From Octopus vulgaris (lineage: Eukaryota), in contig OX597828.1 in the NCBI GenBank assembly GCA_951406725.2, positions 19,282,001 to 19,346,000 on the forward strand: 64,000 nucleotides of DNA, written 5' to 3'. Positions 35,666-50,887 of this stretch are shown piece by piece (positions within the stretch are counted from its first letter, which is position 1; every line of letters begins with the position of its first letter). Position numbers and translations under genes: made by a program. Below the pieces are notes generated by a model that was given only the letters and a program-made list of their open reading frames with translations, was not told the origin of the DNA and did no database searches.

Positions 35666-36203
35666 CAAATATTTTATATATCTATACAGCTGTAAAATAT
35701 AATAAAATATAAAACCATAATCCTTATATTTATTGAACTTGTGTTATTTTCTGTGTGCAATATGAATATATGAAGTTTAAAGACATTCAAACTGAGTACT
35801 GAACATTTAACTCTGCATTGGAACTGAATTATTTAATTTTTTTCTTTTTTAAGCTGTAGGTGCAATAGTCACCAATCTTGGCTTTGCTTTTTATGCTTTT
35901 GATGTCCATAAAAGAATGGCCAATTAAGAAATAAAATTGATTAAATCAATTACATACTCTATACACATTTCTGGCCCTGTACACATTTTGTGAATCGGAA
36001 TTTTAATGTAACTATGTGTATACCATATCTCGTCTTTTATCCACAACTCATTTTGGTCGTTGGACTGCAGCCATTCTAAGTCACAACCTAAAAGGCATTT
36101 TTTAGTTAAACACATCAACCCCAAAACTCATTTATTTTAAAATTGGGTAGTTATTCCATCAGTCTCTATGATAGAACAGCTAAATTATGAGGGGGTATAA
36201 TAA

Positions 36204-36235
<32 letters not shown>

Positions 36236-39075
36236 GGCCTCCACCCTGTTCCTGTGTACCAAACACACTCACAAGGAATTGGTCTGCTCTCGGCTATAAT
36301 AGAAGACACTTGCTGAAGGTATTGTCTTGTGGGACTGAACCCTAAATATCATGGTTGTAAAGTTTTGTAACTAAAATAATTTTTTGTAACTAAACACTTT
36401 CAAACTTCGTATACTGGTAGAATGTGTCACATAAAACATCTTTTACTCTTAGCGTTGTTGAGAAAATTCTCAAATTTTGGAAGTTATTTCTTGTTAAAGT
36501 TGTCATATTTCGGTAATTTCAACCAATCAATGACGTGTATTCAGATGAATAAAATTAATGCTGTTGTTTGTTATCAACAACTTCCGGCAGTGTATATTTC
36601 ATTTGTCGTTTTATTTATGACATATTTAATCTCAGTTACATTTGTATGAATAAACGAGTGTATCTGAAGCATGTTTACTTCATGGCACCACCATAACCGT
36701 TCATCCTTTATTTTTCATGATTTTCCGTAACTCTAACCCTAAAACGACAACCCTAACCCTAACCCTAAAACCTTAACCCTAACACCTTAAAGCTAAAACC
36801 AGTACAAATGCATGAAGAATGTCAAAAATAACAGTGACAAACACCGCCGATAGTTGTAGTTAACAAACGACAGCAGTAATTTTATTCAGCTGAATACACG
36901 TCATTGATTGGTTGAAATTACCAAAATACGACAACTTTAACAAGAAATAACTTCCAAGATACAGGATTTTCTCAACAACGCCAAGATTAAAAGATGTTTT
37001 ATGTGATACATTCTACCAGTATACGAAGTTTGAAAGTGTTTAGTTACAAAAAATTCTTTTTTAAATCTGTCAGTCAAAAGGTAAAGATCCCCCTTCACTT
37101 TCTGGAAAAATGTCTAGATAGACTATTTTCATTTAAAAGTTATTAGTGTGGTACACCCAAAAACTGAAGAATCTGAAATAAAAAAAAAACCGAAAGGACG
37201 TTACGCAAAATAATGAAAACAAAACAATAGTGTTGCTATAGTGTGCAAACCAGCTGGGAAAAGTTTTATCAAAATCGATTCACAGAAAACTATGAAATCC
37301 TAAATTTCACTCCTAAGCTATTAGTGTGGTTCTAGGTGTATAGTAGCAATGCTCCCCGGCGTTGCCAAGGTGTAATGACCTACAGTCACATTGTTTCTTT
37401 CTTACGGGCAGAATTAGCACACGTGGAACATGAAGCAAACAACTCTACCTTATGAACATGCTTTTCGGTCATTTTGTGATTAACAACCCTGCAGTTTCCG
37501 TTTACCAAATTCAGTCAGATATCTGTGGTTGATCTAGGGGCTATAGTAGAAAACACTTGCCCAAGCTACCATGCAAAGCGACTGAACATGGAACCATATG
37601 GTTGGGAAGCAAACTTCTCAACTACACAGTCATTCGTCCCACTATGTCTCCAAGTTAGAAGTTCATCAAGCAGAGATCTATAAAATAAATGCCAGATTGA
37701 AATACGTATTGAGGTGAGTATGATCAATTAAATTTTTGAAGGCGATACATCATCATGGCAACAGTCGAAAGAAAACCAAACAAAATAATGTTTAACGACT
37801 TAATGGTTTCAAAGTTAAGGTAATGGATTACTAACCACAGGATAATGAGTTCAAGACTTCGTATTGAACTTCCACTCTATACGGTAACAGTATGTGTGCA
37901 TCTCAGTCTACTTGACTTCCAACAATTAACAATTGTAATCTGAAGTGGGATGGTTGGCAGTAAGAAAGATGACCAGATTTCTTTAAAAATTATTGTGCAA
38001 AATATTCCGAGAGAAAGTATTTTTTTCCCCACAACAAAACACACATGCACACACACACACACGTGTGTGTGTGTCTGGTAACTTGAGCTACTACAAATAT
38101 AGCAAATCTCTCTTAAAACACCCTTTCATCAAAAGAAACACACACATTTACAGTATTTCAGGGTTAAAAAAAAATTCACCTCAATAGACGTCATTGATTG
38201 GTTGAAATTGTCGAAATGCAAGAAATTAAACAACAAATAGCTTACAAACTACAGAATTCTCTCAAGAAAGCCAAGAGAAAAAGATGTTTTATAAACACAT
38301 TCTACCGGTATACGAAGTTTAAAAGTGTTTAGTTACAAAGAAATTATTTTTAAAATCTGCCGGTCAAAGCGAAAAGATAACTAAACCTCTGAAAACAGTG
38401 CCCCAACATGGCAGATGTCCAATAATTAAAACAAGTAATTGAATAACAGACTATACGTTACAATGTATGCAGGATAGACCCCTTGCATTGAGGAAACCCC
38501 CTCCAGGATTTGATCACAGAATCTACAATGACAAACATGGCACACAAGAGATATACGATTAGCTATCAACACCAACACCAAATCTTTGGCTTATTCACAG
38601 CTTGGTTTAACTATGATAATATTATTTACACAAGGATACATATTGCATCCGTTTACACCAAATGAAACTATTTCGTTTCGCAATTAGTTTTTACATTCCT
38701 CATTTTTTGATGTTTTTCCAATTGAAATATGTTTATTGTAGTATATCACTATATATATAAAGAGGAATATATATATATATATATATATTATTATTTTTGT
38801 GTCTCTCTGTTTGTCTCAAAGCCGTAGGGCGCCTGTGTCATTCATGTTTTCAATCGTTACTGTCCCCAAAAAAGATTTTTTGTTTCCTGTTCGTCTCTGT
38901 TGCGTTTCATTCTTTCCTTATGTGGCTGGCTGATTCAGAGCGGATCTCAGAATTAAACAGCCGAAATCTGCGATGAGGGATCAGTTTCTGACTGAAGAAT
39001 GAAGGCTTTGAATGACCCGTTTGTTTTTTTGTTCGTCTCTTCGTGTATTTCACGTTATTTATTTATATAAAGGTC

Positions 39076-39131
<56 letters not shown>

Positions 39132-41364
39132 CATAAAACCACATTAAAATACAAATCCAAACCGAACGCAAACAGGAGCGAAGAGGAGAAAAAAGGAAAT
39201 AAAAAGTAAGAAAAATATCAATTGAACACCAAGAGGTCCCAAGTGGTTGTAGAAAGAGGTTTTCGTAATTGTCAATATAAATGTATTGATGGGCGTTGCT
39301 GGCCTCTCCCACGCCTCCTCTCTCTTTCTCTTTCTCTCTCTTCGTCCTCCCCATCTCTGTCTAATTTGTTGTTGGTGGGGCACTATTATATAATCTGGTT
39401 CATCATCTGCTTTGGTATTATACTTAAAATTTGTTTTATTAATGAATTTACGTTTCTCGCTTAACCGGGTTGCTCGTACTTTTCTGTTGATGCATTTTAC
39501 GTGGAGAACAGAACTTCTAAGTTATTAAGATATTCAACCAATCTGTAAGATTACTTTCCACTTAATATATACGCAGTTCCGTTTCGTACAATTTCTTTTG
39601 GCAGAAAAGAAACCCGGATATATAGCCGTTGTTTATTTTATCCTCTTGAATTATAAACTTTAAACTTATCAACGAGACATATTTCACCTTTTATTTCTCT
39701 CAACAGGTAAGTAACAACTTACTGCGATAATTTTAAAGCTTCTTCATGGACCGTGATAATTGACAAATGACTTAATCTAAACAACGGTCTTTTCTTATAA
39801 TTAGTTTGTGCTCATTAGTTTTTCTATTGCTTTTAAACGTATTTTTACCCCTTTTTGAAATCTATTTCCTCGAAGTTGGTGATATTGCTTTTACTTTTCT
39901 GTAAAAAGTTGCTAAAACATCTATATTGGACTTCGATCATCATTGACTAGTGACATAATCAATATTTATTTTCTCTATAAATGATTTATATTCATTATTT
40001 GGGAAATGCTTTTTTATTTTTTAATTCGGACTTATTTTCCTCCCTTGTCTATGAAGATATATTTTCCACTTGAAATTATAGGATGGCGATATTGACGCCT
40101 TTAATTTCATTGCAATTCGCTTTCACTTTTATATTGACACTATTTTCTTTTTTCATCTGTAAACTGCATGTTAACCCGTTATTTTGCCATGGGGCCAGTT
40201 GTTACCTTTCTTTTATCATTTATTTGTTCCAGTGATTTGATTGTGATCATGCCGGGGACCGCCTTAAGGAATCTTAGTCGAATGAATCGGTAAAGTAATT
40301 TTACTCACTATACAGCTTCCGTCGATGTCGGGTGAGAGACGCACTTGTGTGATGGGTACCTTTTATCTTTTACTTGTTTCAGGCATTTGACTGCGGTCAT
40401 GCTGGAGCACCGCCTTGATGTGTTTTAGTCGAACAAATCGACCCCAGGACATTTTTAAAACCTAGCACATATTCTATCGTTTTCTTGGTGGGGGTAAAGT
40501 GCAAGCTTTTTTTTATTTATTTTTCATAACTTTCTTTGGATTCCTACGTTTTCGAAATCGGAGATTACGAGCGACTTTGCTTAAATAAAAACACGTTTTC
40601 AAAATTTAACCCCCCCCCCCCCTTCTCCACCCCAATTTTTAAATTTTTCAGTTTTAAAACATATTTTTTTCTGTTTAATCCTGCTGGAAACATACGGTGA
40701 TTATGAATATGGAAAAAAAAAAGGATCCAATAATGTTTTCTTTTGACACATTCTACCAGTATACGAAGTTTCAAATTTTTTAGTTAACTAGAAAATTCCG
40801 TCCATCAAAAAGAAAAGATCCAAAAAGAATTTTTCATTTCAAATTTTCTTAGGAAACACACACACACACACACACACACATACATATCAGGGGCGTATAT
40901 TCTGGATGTGCTTGGTGTGCGGTGCACACCCATCGAAAATAGCAAATTCATTATAAATATTAATCTTACTTATTAATTTAATCATAAATTGTAATGGAAA
41001 ACTTTTCTAATACCCCTGCTTGAAATATGGTGGCATTGGCTGTAGCAGCACACACAGGTTCGTTGCAGTTCAACTTGATACAAATACTATTTCTTTATAA
41101 ACACAACACGAAGATAATTTGTAGCATGGCAACAAGATTCAAATAGATACAGAGAGTTAAGATTTAGAGAACAGAAAAAAGGGCGTTAAGCTGAGGAAAA
41201 GATATTTTTCGGACGTTTAGCTGTTATTTCTAGCATATCGAGTTTTCTGGTGAGGGCTTCATATTTTGTCGTCTGCTGTTTCAGGTGAAATCTACGCATG
41301 CGTAAAACGTACGGACTTTTATGCTTTTGGAAAGAGATGAGTGGGATACTCGCTTCACATATAC

Positions 41365-41594
41365 TCTTACTCTTTTTACTCTTCTACTTGTTTCAGTTAT
41401 TTGACTGCCGCCATGCTGGAGCACCGCCTTTAGTCGAGCAATTCTACCCCGGGACTTATTCATTGTAAGCCTAGTACTTATTCTATCGGTCTCTTTTGCC
41501 GAACCGCTAAGTAACGGGGACGTAAACACACCAGCATCGGTTGTCAAGCAATGCTAGGGGGACAAACAGAAACACACAAACATATACACACACA

Positions 41595-41655
<61 letters not shown>

Positions 41656-41801
41656 GACAGGCTTCTTTCAGTTTCCGTCTACCAAATCCACTCACAAGGC
41701 CCGGGGCTATAGCAGAAGACACTTGCCCAACATGCCACGCAGTGGGACTGAACCCGGAACCATGTGGTTGGTTAGCAAGCTACTTACCACACAGCCACTC
41801 C
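41365..41801 (-). mobile_element. SINE family 1, unit 2 only
   Basis: Reverse complement of the family consensus; absent at the matching unit 1 position (~7533-7728). Confidence 0.85.
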
Positions 41802-42856
41802 TATTTTGTGTTTTATTTACTTTGCTAGGTAGTCGTTTTAGGATCGACTAGTCACGACTAGCTAGCGCTGTTGCGCGAGTACACGAGTGCGCGCACCGGG
41901 ACCACTCTTTTTAAATAGTACCCACTCCTCATATCCTCCATTCTAAAAAAAAAAAAACTCAGAAGGCTTTGGTAGGTCGAAGGCTACAGTGCAAAACACC
42001 TGTCCAAGGTGCTACGCAGTTGAACCGAATCCGTGACAATGTGATTGGAAAGCAAGCTTTTTACCACACAGCCACGCCTCTTTTGCCTCAAGAAGTTGTT
42101 AGATATCTACTTTAACTTCGATAAATACATAAAAAATTGTTAGATATCTACTTCGACTATGATAAATCGTTTTGTTTTATTCAACGGTTTCCCCCCGAAT
42201 TAATCCATTTTCATTTTTTAATTGATTTTCAACTTTTCTTTATCCTTTTTTTCCCTTACATATTTAACTCTTTCGGGTCAGTGAAATTACATTTTCTTTG
42301 CTATAGGAAGTTGTTAAAATGTGCTTTATTGAACTGCGATAACTGTTGTCGAGTGACCAAATCAATGTTTTTCTTATCTAATTGATTTGTGCCTATAATT
42401 TCTCAGTTGCTTTTCATCTGTTTATATTCTCTCATCACTAAGAGTTACGTGTTATCGTAACTCCATGACAACACTGATCGAGCGACACCTATGATCAAAC
42501 CTGCTCCATGCATGCGCCTTTTCATATATACAGGATAACATAGTCCTGCGTGTATTTCTTTATTTAAGACGGTAGGATGAGATTTCAAAAGAATTGGCTG
42601 CTATTTCGTGCAAATTGAGCAACTTCTAAGGAGCTGCTTCGTTTTCACTGAAATACTTCTCTTTCTCTTTCATACATAAACGCATTCAATCTGTCTCTTC
42701 CGCGCCTTCAAACACACATTCACACACACACATTCTCCCCATTTCTCTCTCTCTCTCTCTCTTTCTCTCTGCCTCACACACACACACATTTCCTCTCACT
42801 TTTACTCTCTTCCTCTCACATGCACACTCTCTCACAGACGTTTCGAATTCACATAC

Positions 42857-42896
<40 letters not shown>

Positions 42897-45800
42897 CTTT
42901 GTATTATATAAAGCTTTTAAAATGCCAGAGGTAATAAAAATGGCATAAAGATAGAACTTAAATAAAACCGATGCGATCTTCCTATTTAAGTCCCGTACCT
43001 GTCAGACAGGATGTCAGCTGTATTATCTGTAAACGACCATGCGAAGGAGAGGTGACGAGAAAGACCCCTTTAGTACACTACACGGTTGATAGAAGGCTTC
43101 GATTGGTTGGGTTGCACATTGGTGTGTAACAGAGCAAGAGACAAAAGTGCGCCAATACCAACCAATCAAAGTAGTGGACACAACAGGGTGCAAAACAGTG
43201 GCCAAAGGCTAGCTGTTATCTACTACGTCCGTACTCATGTATATATAACAGAGAGAGAGAGAGTCTGCTAAACATCTATTCATTGTAAGAGGACTGTGTG
43301 GTAGGAAGCTTGCTTCCCAACCACATAGTTTCGGGTTCAGTCCCACTGCATGGCACCTTGGTTATGCATTATCTACGAAAGCCTTGGACCGACCAAAGCC
43401 CTGTGAGTGGATTTGGTAGATGGAAACTACAAGAAGCCTGTCAGGTGTGTGTGTGTGTGTGTGTGTGTCAGTGTTTGTCCTCCCCCCCCGCCACTATTTG
43501 ACAACCAGTGGGCACATGCATCACAACTATATGTGCGCAGGCAGGTACGTTGATAAGCAAGTAGGTAGGGTGGGGGGGCAGGCAGGTAGGTAGATACGCT
43601 GGTTTCTTTCAGTTTCTGTTAACCAAATCCACTCACAAGGTTTTGGTTGGCCCAGGATCAAAGTACAAGACATTTGCCCAATGCGACACCCTGTGGGATT
43701 GAACCTGAGACCACATAGTCAACCCCACAGCAACACCTGCACCTATAACCACAGATGTGCCTAATCACTTCTTCATATTAAATTTTGTTTATTTTTAAAA
43801 CAAAGTACCAATCTCGATCTGAAGACAGCATCTATGCCACTTTGGTCATTAAAAATTCCTAATTTGATGGGTTATATCAAAAGTGCTGCTGAGAACTGGA
43901 GGCCTTGACTTCAGGTTCAAGACCACACTGGTTTGATGAGTCTACTCTGTCACAATGACTTGACATGAGTTGGCAGCAGAATGCAGTTTAGTCTCATACC
44001 CAAAGAAAGTGGACAACAAATACTATGGGGATGTGCAGCTTTTGGTACATTGGATCAAATCATCAGCAGTAATTTTGCTATGCTCAAAAGGAAAGGTCTT
44101 CAGCCAGTGTGTTTTGCTTACGGTAACATAGACTACCAGCAAAAGTTTTGAAAATAAATTAAGATCAACACAAAGAACCATGGAAAGGAGAACGCTAAAG
44201 ATTAACAAAAATGGATAAGTGGAGAATCAACAGGATAAGAGCAGCAACAGATTTAACAGATATTACCTGGAAAAAAAAAAATTCTGAAATGGTTTTTTTG
44301 GTAGGGACGTAAAAAGCACCATTCGAGTGTGATTGTTACCAGCGTCCCCTTACTGGCACTTGTGCCGGTGGCATGTGAAAAAACATTTGAGCGAGGTCGT
44401 TGCCAGTGCCGCTGGACTGGCTCCTGTGCAGGTGGCACATAAAAAACACCATTTGAGTGTGGCCATTGCCAGTACTGCCTGACTGGCCCTCGTGCCAGTG
44501 GCATGTAAAAGCACCCACTACAGTCTCGAAGTGGTTGGTGTTAGGAAGGGCATCCAGCTGTAGAAACTCTGCCAGATCAAGATTGAAGCCTGGTGCAACC
44601 ATCTGGTTCACCAGTCCTCAGTCAAATCGTCCAACCCATGCCAGCATGGAAAGCAGATGTTAGAGCGGCTAACAGGCTTCCATACCAGTGGTACATAAAA
44701 GGCACCATTCGAGTGTGATCATTACCAGCGTTGCCTTACTGGCACTTGTACCCGTGCTAGTAGGATGCTAAGAGCACCATCCGAGCGTGATCATTGGTAG
44801 AGGGCACCATTCGTGCGTGATCATTACCAGCATTGCCTTACTGGCACCTGTGCCGGTAGCATGTGTAAAAGGTCATTGCCAGTATGGCCTGACAGGCCTC
44901 CGTGCTGATGGCACGTAAAAAGCACCCACTACACTATCAGAAGGGTATCCAGCTGTAGAAACTCTGCCAGATCAAGACTGGAGCCTGGTGCAGCCATCTG
45001 GTTCGCCAGCCCACAGTCAAAATCGTCCAACCCATGCTAGCATGGAAAGCGGGCATTAAACAATGATGATGATATGTGTTTTAAAGAAAGGACAATAAAT
45101 GGAATAGCAAATTGACAGAGTGGACACCACATACAGAAGAAATGAAATGAAAGATTATGCAGAAGTTGGAATGAAAACTTTGTTAAATTCTTCAGCATCC
45201 AAACATGGATGAGGAAAACATCTGGCCATGGTTGGTAGAAAGAACGTACTGAGCAGGGGTGTATATCCTGGATGTTCTAGGTGTGCGCTGCACCATCATC
45301 GAAAATGGTAAATTCATTATGAACATTGATCTTACTTATTAATTTAATCATAAATCATAGTGGAAAACTTTTGTTATACCTCTGCTTGAAATTGGCATGT
45401 ATCCTGAAATAGCACTGTGCAACTCACAGCTCATTGTATCATAATATAGTACCAGGCATATCATAAAATAGTGGGGAAAAGGCAAAAAATTAATAACAAT
45501 GGGTGTGTGACAGCTTTGACAGCACAGTCACGTGTTCATTTTTGTTGTGAGAAGTTGTATGTTTAAATTAATTTAAAATTCCTAAACTAAAGCTAATTTT
45601 TCTTACAGGTATTTTATCCTTACTATATCATCATATATTCTATTTATTTTATTTATATACCCTTTTCAAGCCTAGCCAGGTTCATGGGCCCAGTTTCCCG
45701 GTTTCTATGGCATATGTGTCCCCCCCTGCTGGACAGGATGCCAGTCCATCGCAGCATTACTCAAGAAACAGGAAGAGAGAGTGAGAGAAAGTTGGGGCAA

Positions 45801-46529
45801 AAGAGTACAACAGGGGTCGCCGCCACCCCCTGCTGGAACCTCGTGGAGCTTTAGATGTTTTTGCTCTATAAACAGACACAACGCCCGGTCTGGGAATCGA
45901 AACTGCGACTCCACTGCCCTAACTACTGGGCCATTGTGCCTCCACATATCATCATATAACTGTGATCTTAATTTTTTCTTTCAAACTAATAATACACTTT
46001 TAGAAGTCAAAAACAAAACCTAAGTTAGATCAAATACTGAAAGATTGTGTTGATATTTTGCTCAGTGAATTTTGTGATTTTCTTAGTTATGTTCTTAGGC
46101 ATTTTATTTGAAATTTAATTAGTGTTGATCTTAAATGTTTTTATATTAATAAAAATACACACTTTTAATTTAATTTTCAGTGAATATATGCTGATTAGTA
46201 ACAAAATTTAAGAGCTTCACAGCCTAAATTGTACTTGTGAGATGACTGTTCAGCAAGGTGGCAAGCTGGCAGAAATGTTAGCGCGCCACACAAAATGCTT
46301 AGCAGTATTTCATCTGACATTACGTACTGAGTTCAAATTCTGCCGAGGTCGACTTTGCCTTTCATCCTTTCGGGGTCGATAAATTAAGTACCAGTTACGC
46401 ACTGGGGTCAATGTAATCGACTTAATCCCTTTGTCTATCCTTGTTTGTCCCCTCTATGTTTAGCCCCTTGTGGGCAATAAAGAAATAAGAAACCTGTGTA
46501 GCCTAGTATAATACCAAGTAAAGTTTTGC

Positions 46530-46907
46530 ATAAATTTGAATGAGGATCATCAGAGGACAATCAGTGACATGGTGGATGTTGTTGGTCTGTAATATGGGTC
46601 CATGCAGGCAATCCTAACATCTGATCTGAACATGTAGCATGTCTCTGCCAAGTTTTTCTCCTACGTGCTGACCACTGAACAAAAAGAGCATTGTGTTGAA
46701 GTCTCTCTTTTACCTGTTTCAGTCATTTGACTGCGGCCATGCTGGAGCACCGCCTTTTAATCGAGCAACTCGACCCCAGGATTTATTCTTTTGTAAGCCC
46801 AGTACTTATTCTATCGGTCTCTTTTGCCGAACCGCTAAGTAACGGGGACGTAAACACACCAGCATCGGTTGTCAAGCAATGCTAGGGGGACAAACACAGA
46901 CACACAA

Positions 46908-46942
<35 letters not shown>

Positions 46943-47160
46943 CATATATACGACGGGCCTCTTTCAGTTTCCGTCTACCAAATCCACTCACAAGGCATTG
47001 GTCGGCCCGGGGCTATAGCAGAAGACACTTGCCCAAGATGCCATGCAGTGGGACTGAACCCGGAACCATATAGTTGGTTAGCAAGCTAATTACCACACAG
47101 CCACTCCTGTATCTGTTGAGATTCCCATCAATATGCCAATGGTGGCCCCTCCTTCATGTC
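46530..47160 (+). mobile_element. Decayed mariner transposase fragment interrupted by a SINE
   Basis: Translates as LNEDHQRTISDMVDVVGL*YGSMQAILTSDLNM*HVSAKFFSYVLTTEQKEHCVEV, resembling the mariner second HTH and the WVPxxL linker region. Confidence 0.65.
46706..47109 (-). mobile_element. SINE family 1 inserted in the mariner fragment
   Basis: Reverse complement of the family consensus. Confidence 0.85.
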
Positions 47161-47334
47161 CTGCTGGGTTTCTAGCAACCCCTTCTCACCAGGTTAGCCT
47201 GGTAGGGTTGCTTGTTCAGTTGACAGCAATTCAACCATGAAGTAAATAGGATGTACTGGATTCCATGTTACCATTTAGCATTCATGAGAGACCTCACAAG
47301 TGATCTCACACACACACACCCATATGGACATATA

Positions 47335-47565
47335 TCTGTGTGTGTATGTGTGTGTGCGTGTGTATGTGTGAGTGTGTGTTTGTGTGTGTGCGTGTGTATG
47401 TGTGTGTGTGCGTGTGTGTGTGCATGTGCATGTGTATGTCTGTGTGCATGTGTGTGTGTGCGTGTGTATGTGTGCGCACGTGTGTGTGCGTGTGCATGTG
47501 TGTGTGTATGTGTGTGTGTATGTGTGTGTGTGTGTATGTATGTATGTGTGTGTGTATGTATATGG

Positions 47566-47596
<31 letters not shown>

Positions 47597-47600
47597 CGTG
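47335..47600. repeat. Complex (TG)n/(TGTA/TGCG) microsatellite, unit 2 only
   Basis: Directly visible; it produces the spurious CV/HT-repeat ORFs. Confidence 0.95.
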
Positions 47601-47821
47601 TCTTTATGCTTATGTTTGTCTCCCACCACCTCTTGACAGCTGCTATTCGCTTCTTTATGTCTCTGTGACTTAGAGGTTCAGCAAAAGAGACGACAGAATA
47701 AGCACCAGGCTTGAAAATAAGTAATGGGGTTGATTTATTTGACTGACCCCTTCAGGTCACTGCCCCAGTATCATTGCAGTTCAATAATTGAAACAAGTAA
47801 AAAATAGCAGACAGAAGGTGC

Positions 47822-47861
<40 letters not shown>

Positions 47862-48093
47862 AATCCAAACGGGAAAACAAAAAAACAACAACAGTGGAAC
47901 AATTACAGTATTATTATTAATAGGCGCTCGTGCAGGAGTGGCTGTGTGGTAAGTAGCTTGTTTTCCAACTACATGGTTCCGGGTTCAGTCCCACTGCGTG
48001 GCACCTTGGGCAAGTTTCTTCTACTATAGCCTCAGGCCAACCAAAGCCTTGTGAGTGGATTTGGTAGACGGAAACTGAAAGAAGCCCATCGTA

Positions 48094-48137
<44 letters not shown>

Positions 48138-49290
48138 TGTGTGTGTTTGTGTGTCTGTGTTTGTCCCCCTAGCATTGCTTGACAAGCGATGCTGGTGTGT
48201 TTATGTCCCCGTTACTTAGCGGTTCGGCAAAAGAGCCTGATAGAATAAGTACTGGGCTTACAAAAGAATAAGTCCCGGGGTCGAGTTGCTCAGTTAAAGG
48301 CGGTGCTCTAGCATGGCCGCAGTCAAATGACCGAAACAAGTAAAAGAGTAAAGAGTAATATCAATCATCATCATCATCATCATCGTTTAACGTCTGTTTT
48401 TCATGCTGGCATGTGTTGGACGGTTCGACTGGGGTCTGGGAAACCAGGAGGCTGCACTAGGCCCCAATCTGACCTGGCAGTGTTTCTACAGCTGGATGTC
48501 CTTCCTAACACCAACCACTCCAAGAGTGTAGTGGGTGCCTTTTACATGCCACCAGCACGGAAGCCAGTCAAAGCGGCACTGGCATTGGCCACATTTGGAT
48601 GGTGCTTTTTACGTGCTACCAGCACGGGCTCACAACTACAATTTCCATTTGATTTGATGTTGATCTACTTGACTCAATAGGTCACCTCAAGAAAGGCATG
48701 TCATTCTACGATCCAAGGTACTTTTGAGTGGGCTGGCTATGCAACACTGGTGTAGGTTACAACTGAAGATTCACTTTATTTGCGGGGTCTTCTCAGTCAC
48801 AGCATACCTCCAGAGGTCTCGGTCTTTTGTCATTGCTTCTGTGAGGCTTAATATTTGAAGGTCATGCTTTACCACCTCATCCTATGTCTTCTTGGGTCTC
48901 CCTCTACCCTGGATTCCTACCACTGTTTGGGAGTGGCACTTCTTCACAGCTCTCCTCATCCATCCACAGTATATAACCATACCAACACAAACGTCTCTCA
49001 TTGGTATGGTCATGTACTATGAATGGATGAGGAAAGCTGTACAAAGGACAATCCAATTATCTATTTACATTATAACATAATATACTATGAATATAATATA
49101 ATATAGGTGCAGGAGTGGCTGTGTGGTAAGTAGCTTGCTAACCAGCCACATGGTTCCAGGTTCAGTCCCACTGCATGGCACCTTGGGCAAGTGTCTTCTA
49201 CTATAGCCTCGGGCCGACCAAAGCCTTGTGAGTGGATTTGGTAGACGGAAACTGAAAGAGGCTCGTCGTATATATGTATATATATATATG

Positions 49291-49362
<72 letters not shown>

Positions 49363-50232
49363 TGCGTTTGTGTGTCTGTGTTTGTCCCCCTAGCATTGCT
49401 TGACAACCGATGCTGGTGTGTTTATGTCCCCGTTACTTAGCGGTTTGGCAAAAGAGACCGATAGAATAAGTACTAGGCTTACAAGAGAATAAGTCCCGGG
49501 GTCGAGTTGCTCGATTAAAGGCGGTGCTCCAGCATGGCCGGAGTCAAATGACTGAAACAAGTAAAAGAGTAAAAGAGTAACTAACAATTATTTGAAAAAA
49601 CAAAACAGCCAACAATTTGTTTCGACTTATATACATTTTTTAATATACAAACGATTCAATTCCCTTATTGAATTTGAATTGAGACCCCTTTCGGTCATGA
49701 CTGACCGTGGGATTGCACCTAGAAAGTTACCCTCCGAGGCACAAGTCCGGGCAAGGTTGTTTATGGAAGACCGGCAGTCCCCTCTTCACGCCACCAGTGT
49801 TATCCAAGGGAAAGGCAAAGGGGCTGATACAGCTTGGCACCTGTGACGTCGCAACTCATTTCTACAGCTGAGTGAAGTGGAGCAACGCGAAATAAAGTGT
49901 CTTGCTCAAGAACACAACATGCAGCCCGGTCTGGGACTCGAACTCACAACCTCATGGTCGTAAGATCGACGCTTTAACCACTGAACCATACACCTTCACC
50001 GGAAGAAATACTGCTAATATATTTGTGCAGCATCCTAACGATTCTACCAGCTCGCCGCTTTTGAGGGCCTAACAATAATGAATGCCAGCGAGTAGAATAA
50101 AAAGAGAAAGCGAGCGAAATGATGGAACAAGACGCAGTGATGCGAGACTGAAAATATTTCACTTCCGAATAATACAATTCTTCAAAATATTGAAAACATG
50201 ACACATAACACTGAAGAAGTCTTTCTACACAC

Positions 50233-50322
50233 CAGTTGCCCTGATGAGGCTTATATATAAGGGAATTGAATTGTTTATATATTAAAAAATGTATATAAGT
50301 CGAAACAAATTGTTGGCTATTT
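50233..50322 (+). ncRNA. Candidate hammerhead ribozyme, unit 2 copy
   Basis: Same core as the unit 1 copy: CTGATGA at 50241, GAAAC at 50302. Confidence 0.65.
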
Positions 50323-50595
50323 TGTTTTTTTAAATGATTGTTTCTTATATTATATTCATAGTATATTATGTTATATTATGATATAAATAAATTATTTGAT
50401 TGTTATTTGTAACTCTCTATTTAATTTATTATACGTAATTTGCATTGTACCCATATTTATGTGGTATTCAACCAACATACAAGTGAATTGGATGTTTTAC
50501 ACATACCTTTGAAGGAATTTTTTCCTTTGTTTGTTACCTCATATTTATATATATATATACATTTGCTTCAGTCATTAGACTGTGGCCATACTGGG

Positions 50596-50874
50596 TGTAG
50601 TGTGTGCGCGATTTGAATATAGAGGCACCTACCTTCTCTTCTTAGTGACGGAGACCCTCCAACGGTGACTAGTCCTTCCACACAGCCCCGACCCGAACAC
50701 TAACGATAGCAGCTGCTAGCCCAAACCCTTAGCGACGTCCTCACACATCTTGTCACCTCCACGACCCACGTTGGAAAGGGCTCAATTCCCCGCTCCCTGC
50801 GCACGCCTGACGCTGGCCCCTTCCGGTTGCCCTAGCTTCCGGTCAACGCACCCGGCTGCTGACGTCATCCCACA
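50596..50874 (-). repeat. 3' LTR (279 bp)
   Basis: tgtagtgtgtgcgcg...atcccaca; follows the integrase end on the minus strand. Confidence 0.95.
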
Positions 50875-50887
50875 CGCCACCCTGATC

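Noticed and set aside
47251-47673. Cys/Val- and His/Thr-rich ORFs of 98-140 aa
   Set aside because: They are translations of a (TG)n microsatellite; the YIYI/HTHT ORFs in SINEs have the same cause.
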